From positions 1 to 64,000 of the IMG/VR virus record IMGVR_UViG_3300045391_002681: 64,000 bases of DNA; one strand, written 5' to 3'. Numbering within the stretch: the stretch's first letter is position 1; every line of letters begins with the position of its first letter. Below, in pieces: positions 54,203-64,000 of this stretch. The DNA comes from a virus. The notes below the pieces were generated by a model. It was not told the origin of the DNA. It worked only from the letters and a program-made list of their open reading frames with translations, and did not search any database. The translations under genes were made by a program, and so were the position numbers.

Positions 54203-54357
54203 GACCTAAAACGCCCTTCTCTTGCGCAGGGCGCCGGTGCGTTGGCGGGTCCGTTCCTCATGGCGGGTTTGGAACCATTCATCCGCCGTCCGGCAGGCCC
54301 AGGTCAGGGACGGCCAGAGGATGGCGAGGAACAGGAGGGCGTAGAGGATGCGGGACA

Positions 54358-54858
54358 TCAGGCGGCGCTCCGTTCGGAGTGCGCGAGAACGAATTGCTCA
54401 ACGATGGCGCGGCGCCGGGCGGTCTCGTCAGGCGTGCAGCGATAAGTGTGGGACGCCTTTTCGACCTCAGGCGGGATCGGAATGCCGCCCTTGCGCAACC
54501 GCCCCAGTCGTCGGCACATCAGGCCGGCCCTCGTTGCGGCGGCGGGCATCCGGCGTCCTCGCCAGTGTGCGCGAGGTTCGGGCAGACCATCCGCGCAGAA
54601 CGTCCCGTTCCGCGCCGTCTCGATGATCGCGAGAAGGGCGCCGGTCGCGTGAAACCATTCGTGATGGCTGCGATCGGCGGCGAAGCGGTGATGAAGGCGC
54701 CGCTCAAGCGTATGGTTGCCGGGGATCGTGGCCACAATCTCCAGCGGGACCGGAGACCACGTCGCGTAGGTTTTCAGACGGTCGTGCGGCCAGCGCGAGA
54801 AACCGATCTTGATCGGTCCGAGCTGCCCGACAGGCCGAATGAAATAGATCGCGCTCAT
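54358..54858 (-). CDS. GIY-YIG (MUG113-like) protein
   Basis: IYFI...IKIGFS...ERRLH..F...HEWF. Confidence 0.85.
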   Translation of the reverse strand: MSAIYFIRPVGQLGPIKIGFSRWPHDRLKTYATWSPVPLEIVATIPGNHTLERRLHHRFAADRSHHEWFHATGALLAIIETARNGTFCADGLPEPRAHWRGRRMPAAATRAGLMCRRLGRLRKGGIPIPPEVEKASHTYRCTPDETARRRAIVEQFVLAHSERSAA

Positions 54859-55085
54859 GCGGCGGCCCCGGGGTGCGGCTCGCGGCCAGCGTCGCGCTCG
54901 GTTTCCAGAGCCCGCAGGTCCGCCATGGCGCGCTCGAGGCGCTTGACGCCGATGTCGACCTTGCCGACCGCCAGCTTTTCAAGGCGATCCGTGTTGGCCA
55001 GCAGGCGCTTTGACAGCCAGACCCGGCTGACCTCGTGGGTCGCGCAGAAGGCGTCACAGCGCTGGATGAACTCGGCAATCGTCAT
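54855..55085 (-). CDS. cro: Cro-like repressor
   Basis: Small ORF divergent from cI with operators in between. Confidence 0.7.
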   Translation of the reverse strand: MTIAEFIQRCDAFCATHEVSRVWLSKRLLANTDRLEKLAVGKVDIGVKRLERAMADLRALETERDAGREPHPGAAA

Positions 55086-55098
55086 GGTTCACTATACT

Positions 55099-55139
55099 GG
55101 GGTATGTTTACCCCGCCGTCAATGGGGTACAGTTACCCC
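55099..55139. promoter_or_regulatory. OR operators (2 x GGGGTA-N4-TACCCC) overlapping PR
   Basis: Palindromes at 55099-55114 and 55124-55139; minus-strand TTGACG between them. Confidence 0.9.
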
Positions 55140-55163
55140 TGCGCGATCAGCCGGGGGCAAACC

Positions 55164-55883
55164 ATGATCCCCGCCATGGCTGGGATAGACCGCGAGGCGC
55201 TCCGCGCCCTCATTCAGGCGAAGGGAAAGACGCCGCGGCAGGTCTCCTTGGAGATCACGGACGGGCGCAATGGCTATCTCGTGCGCGAGATACTGAGCGG
55301 GAAGAGCCAGAACCCGAGGCGGGACACGCTCGCCAAGATCGCTAAGAGCCTGGCGGTCAGCGTCGATCAGATCGCGTCTGGAGCCGATGATGAGGAGGGC
55401 TTCGCCGGCGGCGACCCAGAGCAAGCGCGGTCTCGTTTCCTCCCCGTGCGCTACCAGGTGGCGGCCGGGGTCTGGTTTGAGAACGAGATCGAAGAGCCGC
55501 CCGTCGAGGGGATTTTCCCCGTCGCCCCAGATCCCCGATATGCCGCCATCCCCCAATGGCTGGAGGTCGTGCGCGGGAACTCAGCCAACCTAAAGATTCC
55601 TGACGGCCACTTCGCCCACGTCATCGACGCGGAAGCGATGGGTTACGTCCCCCAGGATAAGCACTGGGTCGTCCTTGAACGCACCAGGGTTGGCGGCCGT
55701 TTGCGCGAGCGGACTATCAAGCAGGTGGAAGTGACCGACGACGGCCAAGTGCTGTTCTGGGGGCGGTCGACGGAAGAGCGGTGGAACAAGCCCATCACCC
55801 TGAACGGCGGGACCGAGGGTGAAGAGGATGTCGAGGTACGCGTGGCCGGCTTGGTGCGCGGCGCTTACGACCCCGATTTCTGA
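55164..55883 (+). CDS. cI: CI-like repressor (HTH + S24 peptidase)
   Basis: N-terminal HTH; VAAG cleavage site; VRGNS and TIKQ Ser/Lys dyad. Confidence 0.9.
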   Translation: MIPAMAGIDREALRALIQAKGKTPRQVSLEITDGRNGYLVREILSGKSQNPRRDTLAKIAKSLAVSVDQIASGADDEEGFAGGDPEQARSRFLPVRYQVAAGVWFENEIEEPPVEGIFPVAPDPRYAAIPQWLEVVRGNSANLKIPDGHFAHVIDAEAMGYVPQDKHWVVLERTRVGGRLRERTIKQVEVTDDGQVLFWGRSTEERWNKPITLNGGTEGEEDVEVRVAGLVRGAYDPDF

Positions 55884-55887
55884 AAAC

Positions 55888-55939
55888 GGGGTACAAATAC
55901 CCCTTTCCTGTTGACGGGGTAAAAATACCCCGGTAGTGT
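55888..55939 (+). promoter_or_regulatory. OL operators (55888-55903, 55916-55931) and PL
   Basis: Same 16-bp palindrome; TTGACG-17 bp-TAGTGT. Confidence 0.9.
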
Positions 55940-58900
55940 GTCTCCATCAACGGAGACACCGATGCACACCGCATCCCCCGACATCACCCGCACCCGCGAG
56001 GCCTTCCTCGACGCCCTCTTCGGCTATGCGGAGCCGGATGTGGTCCTGGCCGCGGGCAGGGCTTACGGCGCGGCGAAGGAAGCCACGGAGAGCACGGACG
56101 AACGGTGCTTCCGCCTGGGGCTCATGGCCGCCGACAAGGACGCCGAGGCCGAGCGCCACATGGCCGCCGCAGCCGATGCTGCAGGGCTCGCCGCCGGGCG
56201 CCGGTTGCGCTGGGGCGAGGACGCCGTGACCCGCAGCTACGACCGCGAGGAACTCGCCTGCACGAAGCTCGCCGCCGACGCCATGGCCGAAGCCGAAAGG
56301 CTCCGCTCCCAAGCTTCCTCCTTACGTAGGGCTCAGGAAGTGGTGGGGGTGATCAATTCTGGAACGAGGGCTGCGTAGCCATGGGCACGATGGACGAAAG
56401 TGCGGCCGACCTCCGCAAATTCCTGAACCGAATTCGCATCCTGCACTGCATCGACGGATACGAGATCGAGGCCGCCATGCAATCGACGGGCCTGCAGATG
56501 GATGCCGAGCGCTGGCGCCGGTTCCGCACCTCGCCGGCCGATTTCCTGGTCCAGGCCGACGACGCCACGCAACGCGCGCTCTGGTCGATCATTGAGCGGC
56601 GCGAGGCTCCCAAAGAGCCGGTCAAGGCGGTGCTGATATGAGCCGCCGTTACACCTACGCCACCACGCTCTCCTGGGGCGGCGACGTGACGACCGCCGAG
56701 GTCGAAGTTGAAGTCTCCTACGCCGTGACCTGGGGCGCGCCCGCGCGGGGACCGTCCTACGCCAGCGGCGGCCAGCCTGCCGACCCGGACGAGATTGACG
56801 ACATTCGCCTGGAGAAGGTCGAGGGCAAGCCGCGCCCGTGGGGCATGGGCTATGGCTTCATCTCGGACGACGACTTCGCGGACGAGTGCGTCCAGATGAT
56901 CGAGGGCAGCGAACGCCTGATGGCGGACCTGCTGACCCACGCCGCCGAGGAAGCTGCCGCTGACTACCACGAAGCGATGGAATACCGCGCCGAGATGCGG
57001 GCCGAGCGCCTGCGGGTGGGCTTCTGATGAGCGACCTCTGCAATAATCCAGCCTGCCAGCACCAGTTCCCGCACCGGCACTACGAGACAACTAACAGTTT
57101 CGGTCAGCCGGTTCAGGTCATTGAGAGCATCGCGCCACCTAGCGACGGCAAGGTCATTCGAGACAGCGAGACCGGCGAAATCATTTTTGAAGCGCCGAAA
57201 GACCGCATGCGCGTCGTCATTTCCGGGGACCACACCCCCTCTTCTTCCAGGGCGGAATAGATGTCGGGGAAAGAAAGCATTGGAGTGCCTTCGGGCGAGC
57301 AAGTCGCCCGTCCGCAGCCTGAGGTTGCTTGCGCCGCGAGCCTGCTGGAGGAAATCCGTGGGCGCATCTGGTTCAACACCGGATGCTCGGATGGCGCGGC
57401 CGAGAATGCCGCCGCCGCTGTCTATGACCTCTTTCTCGACAGGGAGGCAATCGTCTCCGCATTGCAGGAGGCGCTAGCCGATCTCCTGAGCTACCACGAC
57501 GTTCCCGGCCCCGTTGACGCGCCGCTCAAGCCGCTGATGCAGGCCGCGTTCGCCGCCCTAGCCCAAGCTCGCGGTGAACAGCCATGAGCCGCAGCGAGAA
57601 GCCTTCGGGGCATACGCCGGGGCCTTGGCATCGCCTGCCCGGCTTCGCCGAGTCGGGACATCCGATCTACAAGCCCGGCAAATACATCATCCGAATCGTA
57701 CAGAAGCGCGCGCCCGATCAGACCGCGTTCGTCAGGGTCGCGCTGGTCGATAGCGACGCCGTCGCCGCCGATGCTGCCGTGATCGCCGCCGCCCCCGACA
57801 TGCTGGCGGCGCTCAAAGACCTCAACGAAAGCATCCTCGGCCGCGCCGAGAGCAACGCCAGCGGTAACCCCGAGTGGGAATGCGTGTCCTCGCGGATCAA
57901 CGCCGCCCGCGCCGCCATCGCCAAAGCCGAGGGCCGGTCATGAGCCGCGCCCACTTCATCCAAGTGCTCGGCGACACCCGCCGCCCCTCCCGCATCCTCT
58001 CCGTATTCATGACTGGGGTTTGGTTCCTGGTGGGGATGGTTGTGCCTTTGGGAATAATCGCGACGACAGTTGCAATATTGGGAGGGTTTCATGCCCGATA
58101 ATAGTTCGGTCGTTCCCTTGGCTTTGCCAAGTGTCACTTCCCCGTCCATTGACGCCGGGTCTGCGATGCCTTCGATGGCAGCAATCGAGGCGCTGGCGCC
58201 GGAAGAGTGTATTTGCTTCGGCCCCACCGGTCCCAGCTGCGTTTGCCCGGACGCTGAACGTGCCCTGCGCGCCATCGCTCGCGGCGACTACGAACTGACC
58301 GACGACGCTCGTGAATGGTGTCTCACCGAGATCGACCGCGTCGAGGGCCACAGCCGAGTCGACCATGACGGCGACGCTGACCGCCACGTTGCCAATGGCG
58401 TCCTATCCGCCTGGACCGACTACTGCCGCGACAAGGGGCTTCTGTGATGGGGCCGCTGGTTGTGCCTTTGGCGGGGATCGTTGGGGTGATCCTATCGGGG
58501 AGGGGGTTCTGATGCAGCCCGACCGCCGTATCCACTGGCGCTGCTTTCATTGCGGCGAGGCCTTCACCAAGGCGCAGGAGCGTTGGGCGCGAGACCACTT
58601 CGGCGCGTCGATGGACGCCCTGCCCGTCTGTCAGATGCGCATCCCCGGCGAGCACCACCTACTGGTCATGCTGCGCAAGGCCGAGGATGAGCTTGCGAGT
58701 TATCGGGCCGAGGACACCGGCCTTTGGCGGGCGATCCACTCAATGGCGGCCGATCACGCGCAAGCCCTGATCCGCGAGGAGGAGCGGGGTTACGCGAAGG
58801 GTCTGGCCGACGGGCGAGCCGAGAGCGCGCGCGTCTACATTGTCGAAGACGGTTCACAGTCCCCGTTTATGCCAGCCGAACCCAATAACGGGGAAGCCTA

Positions 58901-59266
58901 GATGCGCCCCCAAAAGCCCATCTCCCATCCCTACGCCGAAGGTCTCGCTTACCTGATCATCGGACTACTAGCCGCTCTCCTCCTCATTCATCCATCCAAC
59001 ACTCAAGGAGACCGGGTCTCTACGGATAGAGGTTTGGTGGTGGGGGTGGGGCGATGATGCTGAACTCGCACGACGATCCGCAGGCGGCGGCCGATTTCCT
59101 GCTCTGCGATCTGGAGCACGACCTGAGCTTGCTAGGCGATCTGCTGGTCGAGAACCCGCACGTCGCCGACCACTACCGCGCCAGGCTGGCGGATGCCGCC
59201 GAGGACATCGCCCGCATCTCGAAAATCAACACGCCGAGGAGGCAACACCGTGGCGACCAATACTAG
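55938..59266 (+). other. Cluster of small coupled early hypothetical genes (55938-56378, 56381-56641, 56638-57027, 57027-57260, 57261-57587, 57584-57943, ~58091-58447, ~58512-58901, 59054-59266)
   Basis: Head-to-tail ORFs with overlapping start/stop codons; HTPGPW motif in the 57584 ORF. Confidence 0.65.
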
Positions 59267-59936
59267 CACACCCAAGGTCTACGCCGCCATTGCTGGCGTC
59301 ATGGCCGATCTGGCGAAGGAGGGTATCGCCAAGGACCGCGCCAACCAGGCGCAGGGCTACAAGTTCCGGGGCATTGACGACGTGTACAACGCCCTCGCCC
59401 CGGTCCTTTCGGCGCATGGCCTGCTGATGCTTCCGCGCGTCATCGGCCGGGAGGTGGTGGAGCGCACCAACAACAAGGGAACGGCCCTCTTCTACGTCAC
59501 CGTGGATGTGGAGTTCTCCTTGGTCTGCGCCGAGGACGGCTCGGCCCACGTCATCCGCACCTGTGGCGAGGCCATGGATAGCGGCGACAAGGCCAGCAAC
59601 AAGGCCATGAGCGCCGCCTACAAGTACGCCGCGATGCAGGCCTTCTGCATCCCGACCGAAGGCGACAACGACGCCGACGCGACCACGCACGAAGTGGCGC
59701 CCACGCGCCAGCACGTCGAGCCGCCGACCCAGACGCTCGCCCAGCGCGCCGACGCCTTCGAAGCCAAGCTTCGCGCCGCCGCGACCCGGCCCGTGCTGGA
59801 GAAGACCTTCAAGCTCGGATCGGGCCTGATGGCCGATCTCGACGCCAAGGACCCCGAGCGGTTCGAGTTGCTCAAGCAGCTTCACGCCGATCTCGACACC
59901 CATCTCGCCAACCCCGTCAAGGAAGCCGCCGAATGA
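59250..59936 (+). CDS. ERF-family single-strand annealing protein
   Basis: YKFRGIDDV...GEAMDSGDKA.NKAMSAAYKY. Confidence 0.9.
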   Translation: MATNTSTPKVYAAIAGVMADLAKEGIAKDRANQAQGYKFRGIDDVYNALAPVLSAHGLLMLPRVIGREVVERTNNKGTALFYVTVDVEFSLVCAEDGSAHVIRTCGEAMDSGDKASNKAMSAAYKYAAMQAFCIPTEGDNDADATTHEVAPTRQHVEPPTQTLAQRADAFEAKLRAAATRPVLEKTFKLGSGLMADLDAKDPERFELLKQLHADLDTHLANPVKEAAE

Positions 59937-60559
59937 TCATTCAAGGAACTAGCGACTGGCACGCCCAGCGCCTCGGCAAGGTCACTGCATCCCGCGTCGC
60001 CGATGTGGTCGCCAAGACCAAGAGCGGCCCCGCCGCCAGCCGCGCCAACTATGCCGCCGAACTGCTGGTCGAGCGGCTGACCAACACGCCGACGCCCAGC
60101 TTCACCAATGCGGCGATGCAGTGGGGCACGGACAACGAGCCTCTGGCCCGCGCCGCCTACGCCCAGACGATGGGCGTGGACGTGTACGAGACCAGCTTCG
60201 TGGATCACCCGGAAATCGCCATGAGCGGCGCCAGCCCCGATGGCCTGGTGCTCACCAATGGGCTGGTCGAAATCAAGTGCCCGAACACCGCCACGCATCT
60301 GGACACGTTGGAAAGCGGCGTCATCCCGGCCCGCTACGTGATCCAGATGCAATGGCAGATGGCCTGCACCGGCCGGGACTGGTGCGACTTCGCGTCGTTC
60401 GATCCGCGACTGCCGCCCGCCCTGTGCCTGTTCATCAAGCGCGCCCCCCGCGACGTGTCGATGATCGTGGATCTGGAAACCGAGGTGACGGCCTTCCTCG
60501 CCGAACTGGACGCGCGGATCGCCGGCCTGACGGCGCGCTACATCAAGGAAGCCGCCTGA
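59933..60559 (+). CDS. YqaJ/lambda-exonuclease family protein
   Basis: WHAQRLGKVTAS, ASPDGL, EIKCP, QMQWQM. Confidence 0.92.
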   Translation: MIIQGTSDWHAQRLGKVTASRVADVVAKTKSGPAASRANYAAELLVERLTNTPTPSFTNAAMQWGTDNEPLARAAYAQTMGVDVYETSFVDHPEIAMSGASPDGLVLTNGLVEIKCPNTATHLDTLESGVIPARYVIQMQWQMACTGRDWCDFASFDPRLPPALCLFIKRAPRDVSMIVDLETEVTAFLAELDARIAGLTARYIKEAA

Positions 60560-60828
60560 TGGCCTACGAACTCAAACCCGGGCAGGGAACCCTGTTCCGC
60601 AACGACAAGGACGGCAACGACAAGCGCCCGGACTACCGGGGCGAACTGTGCCTGCCCGATGGCTCTACGCTCAAGCTCGCCGGCTGGGTCAAGGAGGGCA
60701 AGAAGGGCAAGTTCCTGTCGCTCTCCATCGACCGGCCGCGCGACCAGGGAGCCGACGACAGCTTTCGCGGATCGTCTGATCGCGGCCTTTCCGGGCGCGA
60801 CGGTGATCTGGAAGACGCGCCGTTCTGA
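60559..60828 (+). CDS. Probable ssDNA-binding protein
   Basis: LFRND...KRPDYRG...AGW...FLSLS; acidic tail ending DAPF. Confidence 0.7.
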   Translation: MAYELKPGQGTLFRNDKDGNDKRPDYRGELCLPDGSTLKLAGWVKEGKKGKFLSLSIDRPRDQGADDSFRGSSDRGLSGRDGDLEDAPF

Positions 60829-60831
60829 CCC

Positions 60832-61164
60832 ATGACCCAGATCGTCACCGACGACATGATGCACTCGGCCATGCAGGTTCTCGCCAGCGACCAGCACGCC
60901 GAGCTGCGCGCCCGTTACGAGAGCCTGGACCGGCGCCGCAAGGTGCTCCTGGCGAGGCTGGAGCGCGAGAGCAACGCCAAGACCCAGCGGGAGCGGGAAA
61001 CCTACGCGCTGACCCATCCGCACTATCAGGACTTCCTCGACGGCCTGGACGACGTGGAGAAGGACTATTTCCTGGCCAAGGACCGGCGGGACAATGCCGA
61101 GGCGACAACGCGCGCCTGGCAGACGATGCGCTCGGACATCCGGGCGGCGGAGCGGGTTCGGTGA
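60832..61164 (+). CDS. Hypothetical coiled-coil protein
   Basis: Coupled ORF in the recombination operon. Confidence 0.6.
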   Translation: MTQIVTDDMMHSAMQVLASDQHAELRARYESLDRRRKVLLARLERESNAKTQRERETYALTHPHYQDFLDGLDDVEKDYFLAKDRRDNAEATTRAWQTMRSDIRAAERVR

Positions 61165-61688
61165 GCCAGGTCGCCCCCGTCATGCACCGCGCGCCTGTGG
61201 TTCCGGAGCCGCGCAAGACATTCTCGCCGAAGGTCCGCGCCGAAGTGTTGCTCAAGACCGGCGGCTATTGCGCCTGGTGCAAGGCGAAAATCCACAACGG
61301 CCGGTTCGAGGTCGATCACATCGCCGAGCTGTGGGAGGGCGGCTCGAACGAGATCGGCAACCTTCAGCCGCTCTGCCCGGATTGCCATAAGGAGAAGTCG
61401 GCCAAGGGCCGCACCCGCAACGCCAAGGCTTTCCGCCAGGCCGATGCGTGTTTGCCGCGCGATCCCGACGAGATCGAGCCGTCACGCCTTCGCGGGCGCG
61501 CGTTCGACAAGACCCTGTCCAAGGGCGTCAACGGCAAGGTCAAGCGCCGCCGAAACGCGACGCCCCTTCAGACCGCAATCAAGGTCGAGATGGCACGGGA
61601 AGGCAGTAAGCGCGAAGCGCACGGCCGACCGCACACAAGTATTCCCAAGTCCCCCTCCCCCCAGAACAAGCACCGGAGGAAGCCTTGA
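61161..61688 (+). CDS. HNH endonuclease
   Basis: CAWC...DHI...GGSN...NLQPLCPDCH. Confidence 0.88.
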   Translation: MSQVAPVMHRAPVVPEPRKTFSPKVRAEVLLKTGGYCAWCKAKIHNGRFEVDHIAELWEGGSNEIGNLQPLCPDCHKEKSAKGRTRNAKAFRQADACLPRDPDEIEPSRLRGRAFDKTLSKGVNGKVKRRRNATPLQTAIKVEMAREGSKREAHGRPHTSIPKSPSPQNKHRRKP

Positions 61689-62212
61689 TGGTGGATCTAG
61701 CTGAACAAGAGGCGCTTGACCGAGCGCTGATCGACAAGATGCCCACGCTCGACATGGCGTGGCCCGAAGAGATGCGCGAGCAGTGGATGGGCTGGGCCCT
61801 CGAACTCCTTCGCCGCGCCCGCGAACGTGAGGACGCCGTTCTAACCGCCTACCGCCGAGAGAGCGGGGACGGCGATGGACACGCGCTCGCTCGGCGCTTC
61901 CACGAGACCTATGAGCGCCTAGCGCCATCATTCGGCTACGAGACCCGTGCAGACACGCGCCAGTTCGATCCGGCGTCGTCCAATGGACGGCTGATGGTCG
62001 CGGTGTGTTCGGAGATCGCCCGCACTACGTCGGCCTCCCCCGACCTAGCGAGGCTGATCATCGCGGCTCGCAACGTGGCGTTTGGCGACCAGGGCGCCGA
62101 GGCCATCCGCGAGCTAGACGAAGCATCCGAGGCATTTGCTGATTGCCTGCCGTGGGATGACGAGCCTGCCACTCCCATCCACCTCCAAGGGGAAGACCAT
62201 GACGGACAATAG
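61685..62212 (+). CDS. Mosaic hypothetical protein
   Basis: ARRFHETYERLAPSFGYETR phage motif. Confidence 0.6.
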   Translation: MMVDLAEQEALDRALIDKMPTLDMAWPEEMREQWMGWALELLRRAREREDAVLTAYRRESGDGDGHALARRFHETYERLAPSFGYETRADTRQFDPASSNGRLMVAVCSEIARTTSASPDLARLIIAARNVAFGDQGAEAIRELDEASEAFADCLPWDDEPATPIHLQGEDHDGQ

Positions 62213-62585
62213 TTCGGACATCGCGGGGGCTATTGAGCGGCTGGAGCCGTGTCCGCTCTGCGGGTCGGATGCGGTGTTTGCCGCCGAACAAAAGCACTGC
62301 ACGCCGCCGTTTCCTGAATTGCGCTGCGTATCTTGCGCTGAGTGCGAATCCTACGGCCCAGAGAAATGGACCGACGCCGAAGCCATCGCCGCCTGGAACA
62401 CCCGCCCCACACCATCAGGGGAAGGTCTGGTGGAGGCGGCTAAGACCGCGCTGTGCGTCCTTTGCGCCGTTCCGCAGGACAGCCTGCATGTCAACGCCCG
62501 CAAGGACGTGAACATCGCGTGTGAAGGCCTCCGCCACGCCCTCGCCGCCCACCAACCCCCTAGCGGGGAAGGGGGCGGGTCGTGA
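62199..62585 (+). CDS. Lar-like restriction alleviation protein
   Basis: LEPCPLCG...C..C...EAIAAWNTR. Confidence 0.8.
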   Translation: MTDNSSDIAGAIERLEPCPLCGSDAVFAAEQKHCTPPFPELRCVSCAECESYGPEKWTDAEAIAAWNTRPTPSGEGLVEAAKTALCVLCAVPQDSLHVNARKDVNIACEGLRHALAAHQPPSGEGGGS

Positions 62586-62803
62586 GCAAACTGACTGCGC
62601 CGCAATTAGCCGCGCTGCAACTCGTTTCGGTGTGGTCCAAGCCCGGCGGGACGTACATGCCTAGGGCGCGCCACGCCCGAACATTCGAGGTCTGTGTTCG
62701 GAAGGGCGTTCTTGAGTACCGCTCCGTCGATCACGGTTCGCCGTACAACGGATACGCCCTCACCGATGCCGGTCGCCAAGCTCTTCAGGGGACCACCCCA
62801 TGA
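62582..62803 (+). CDS. Small winged-helix-like protein
   Basis: KLTAPQ...LTDAGR motif. Confidence 0.6.
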   Translation: MSKLTAPQLAALQLVSVWSKPGGTYMPRARHARTFEVCVRKGVLEYRSVDHGSPYNGYALTDAGRQALQGTTP

Positions 62804-63486
62804 CCCCATCCGAAGAGAAGGACGTGCGGGAGATTCGCATGTCCTGCAACTGCGACCCGACGTGGCGACAGTGCTTCTCAAGCGACTGTCCGCGAGCAGC
62901 GGTCATGGTCCCAAGGGGCCGACTAGCGCTGCTTGAATCCGCCCTCCAATCCGCTGAGCGGCTGAGCAAGTCACCCTGGATCACGGAAGAGGGCTTCCGC
63001 GATGTGGAAGACCTGCTCGACATGGGGCGCATTGGCCGGTCCTTGATGGACGACATCGCCTCATGCGTCCACTCGACAGCGGGCTACGAGCACTGGTCGC
63101 CTGCCGACGATCCGGCCGAAATCGTGGTTGATCTCATCAACGATCTCACCGACACGCGCGCCGCCCTCCAATCCGCCGAACAGCGCGCAACCAAGCTGGC
63201 AGAAGAGGTGGAGCGGCTGAAGCCGTTCGAGGAAGCCGCGAGCACATGGGCTATCGCGTGCGGTGTCGCCAGGGGCGAGCGAGATATCGCCGAGGGCAGA
63301 CTTGCTCTCCTGGAACGCCGCTCCGGTGATGTGGTGGTGCTGCCGCGTGAACCGACGCGCGAAATGTGGGCGGCCATGGGAAACGCCCTGGTCGGAAGCA
63401 CTACTGTTCATCACGACGCTGTAGCGGCGAAAGTCTGGTCCGCGCTCGTCGCCCTAGCCCCACTCCAGGGGGAAGAGGCGCCATGA
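62800..63486 (+). CDS. Mosaic phage protein
   Basis: Coiled coil plus PREPTREM motif. Confidence 0.65.
   Translation: MTPSEEKDVREIRMSCNCDPTWRQCFSSDCPRAAVMVPRGRLALLESALQSAERLSKSPWITEEGFRDVEDLLDMGRIGRSLMDDIASCVHSTAGYEHWSPADDPAEIVVDLINDLTDTRAALQSAEQRATKLAEEVERLKPFEEAASTWAIACGVARGERDIAEGRLALLERRSGDVVVLPREPTREMWAAMGNALVGSTTVHHDAVAAKVWSALVALAPLQGEEAP
63058..63220 (+). repeat. Direct repeat copy 2 (of 1-163)
   Basis: 5 mismatches in 163 bp. Confidence 0.95.
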
Positions 63487-63767
63487 GCCTGAGCCCCGAG
63501 AACAAGGCGCTCTTGGAGCAGCTATACGACTTCGGCCCCCCGCTCCCAGCGCAGTTCGTGTTCAGCCGGGAATCCCTGGACGAACTGATGAACGCAGTCC
63601 GCGCCCAACCCCACCCCGACGTGGCCCGGCTGGTGGAGGCGCTGAAGCGGATCGCGGAAATGAACCCCCGCGAGACCATACCCGAATTGCGTCCAGCTTG
63701 GCGGCGTGCCCTTGGGATCGCCCGCGCAGCCATCGCCCCCTTCAGCTCCACAGAGGAGAAAGGGTGA
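63483..63767 (+). CDS. Hypothetical protein
   Basis: ATGA coupling; PHPDVARLVEA is shared with the 1367 ORF. Confidence 0.6.
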   Translation: MSLSPENKALLEQLYDFGPPLPAQFVFSRESLDELMNAVRAQPHPDVARLVEALKRIAEMNPRETIPELRPAWRRALGIARAAIAPFSSTEEKG

Positions 63768-63913
63768 TGCCGTACGAGGTCGTGCGCTACCACTGCAACG
63801 TCTGCCGTCAGCCCTACAAGAAGTACGCCGAAGCGGAGAGGTGCGAACGGCAGAACCACCACGCGCGCACAGTCTGGCCTTCGCACCGCCCCACCCCCGC
63901 AGAGGAGCCTTAA
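63767..63913 (+). CDS. Small Zn-finger-like protein
   Basis: YHCNVC...AERCE; TGATG coupling. Confidence 0.55.
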   Translation: MPYEVVRYHCNVCRQPYKKYAEAERCERQNHHARTVWPSHRPTPAEEP

Positions 63914-64000
63914 GCCATGGCCGAGCAAGACCTACGGGAGCAAGTGGCGCGGATTCTGCTGCCAGCCGCTTTCGAGCGCTTGGACGACGGATGTGCCGAC

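Larger units (their letters stand above)
4195..64000. mobile_element. Nearly complete temperate siphovirus (HK97-type head, non-contractile tail) prophage
   Basis: Complete lysis, tail, head, packaging, replication, cro/cI and recombination modules in lambdoid order; no sheath gene recognised. Confidence 0.93.

Noticed and set aside
63058-64000. Exact terminal redundancy of one circular genome
   Set aside because: Copies have mismatches and non-homologous intervening modules

Overview
GC-rich DNA that is almost entirely temperate phage, probably of a Caulobacterales-like alphaproteobacterium (GcrA homologue, GTA/HK97-like siphovirus modules). 1-4114 is the end of an early operon (RuvC-II-deleted TnpB, mosaic ORFs, excisionase, tyrosine integrase). 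It is followed by an attP-like site: the 3' 54 nt of tRNA-Val(CAC) with arm-type repeats on both sides. From there runs a nearly complete ~60 kb siphophage. On the - strand it carries lysis, tail, head, packaging, tRNA-Gly, a late regulator, replication genes, methylases and cro; on the + strand it carries cI and the early/recombination genes. Its last ~950 bp share six collinear conserved islands with 1-2115, pointing to two related but non-identical phages in tandem, or a chimeric circular assembly. The standout signal is a moron in the tail operon (~20280-22171). It encodes a stand-alone Cas7/RAMP-like protein and a conserved partner protein, followed by a non-coding array of 26 pentamers (conserved GGY-like triplet + variable dinucleotide) in three units delimited by GGCA, then a terminator. 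This looks like a CRISPR-independent RNA-guided system with a gapped code. Other notable items are a GDP-mannose dehydratase-cupin and a methyltransferase-glycosyltransferase inside the head operon, two paralogous HK97 capsid genes, a reused moron chassis, and tRNA-like/structured RNAs. All calls come from reading the sequence and remembered family motifs; no searches were run.
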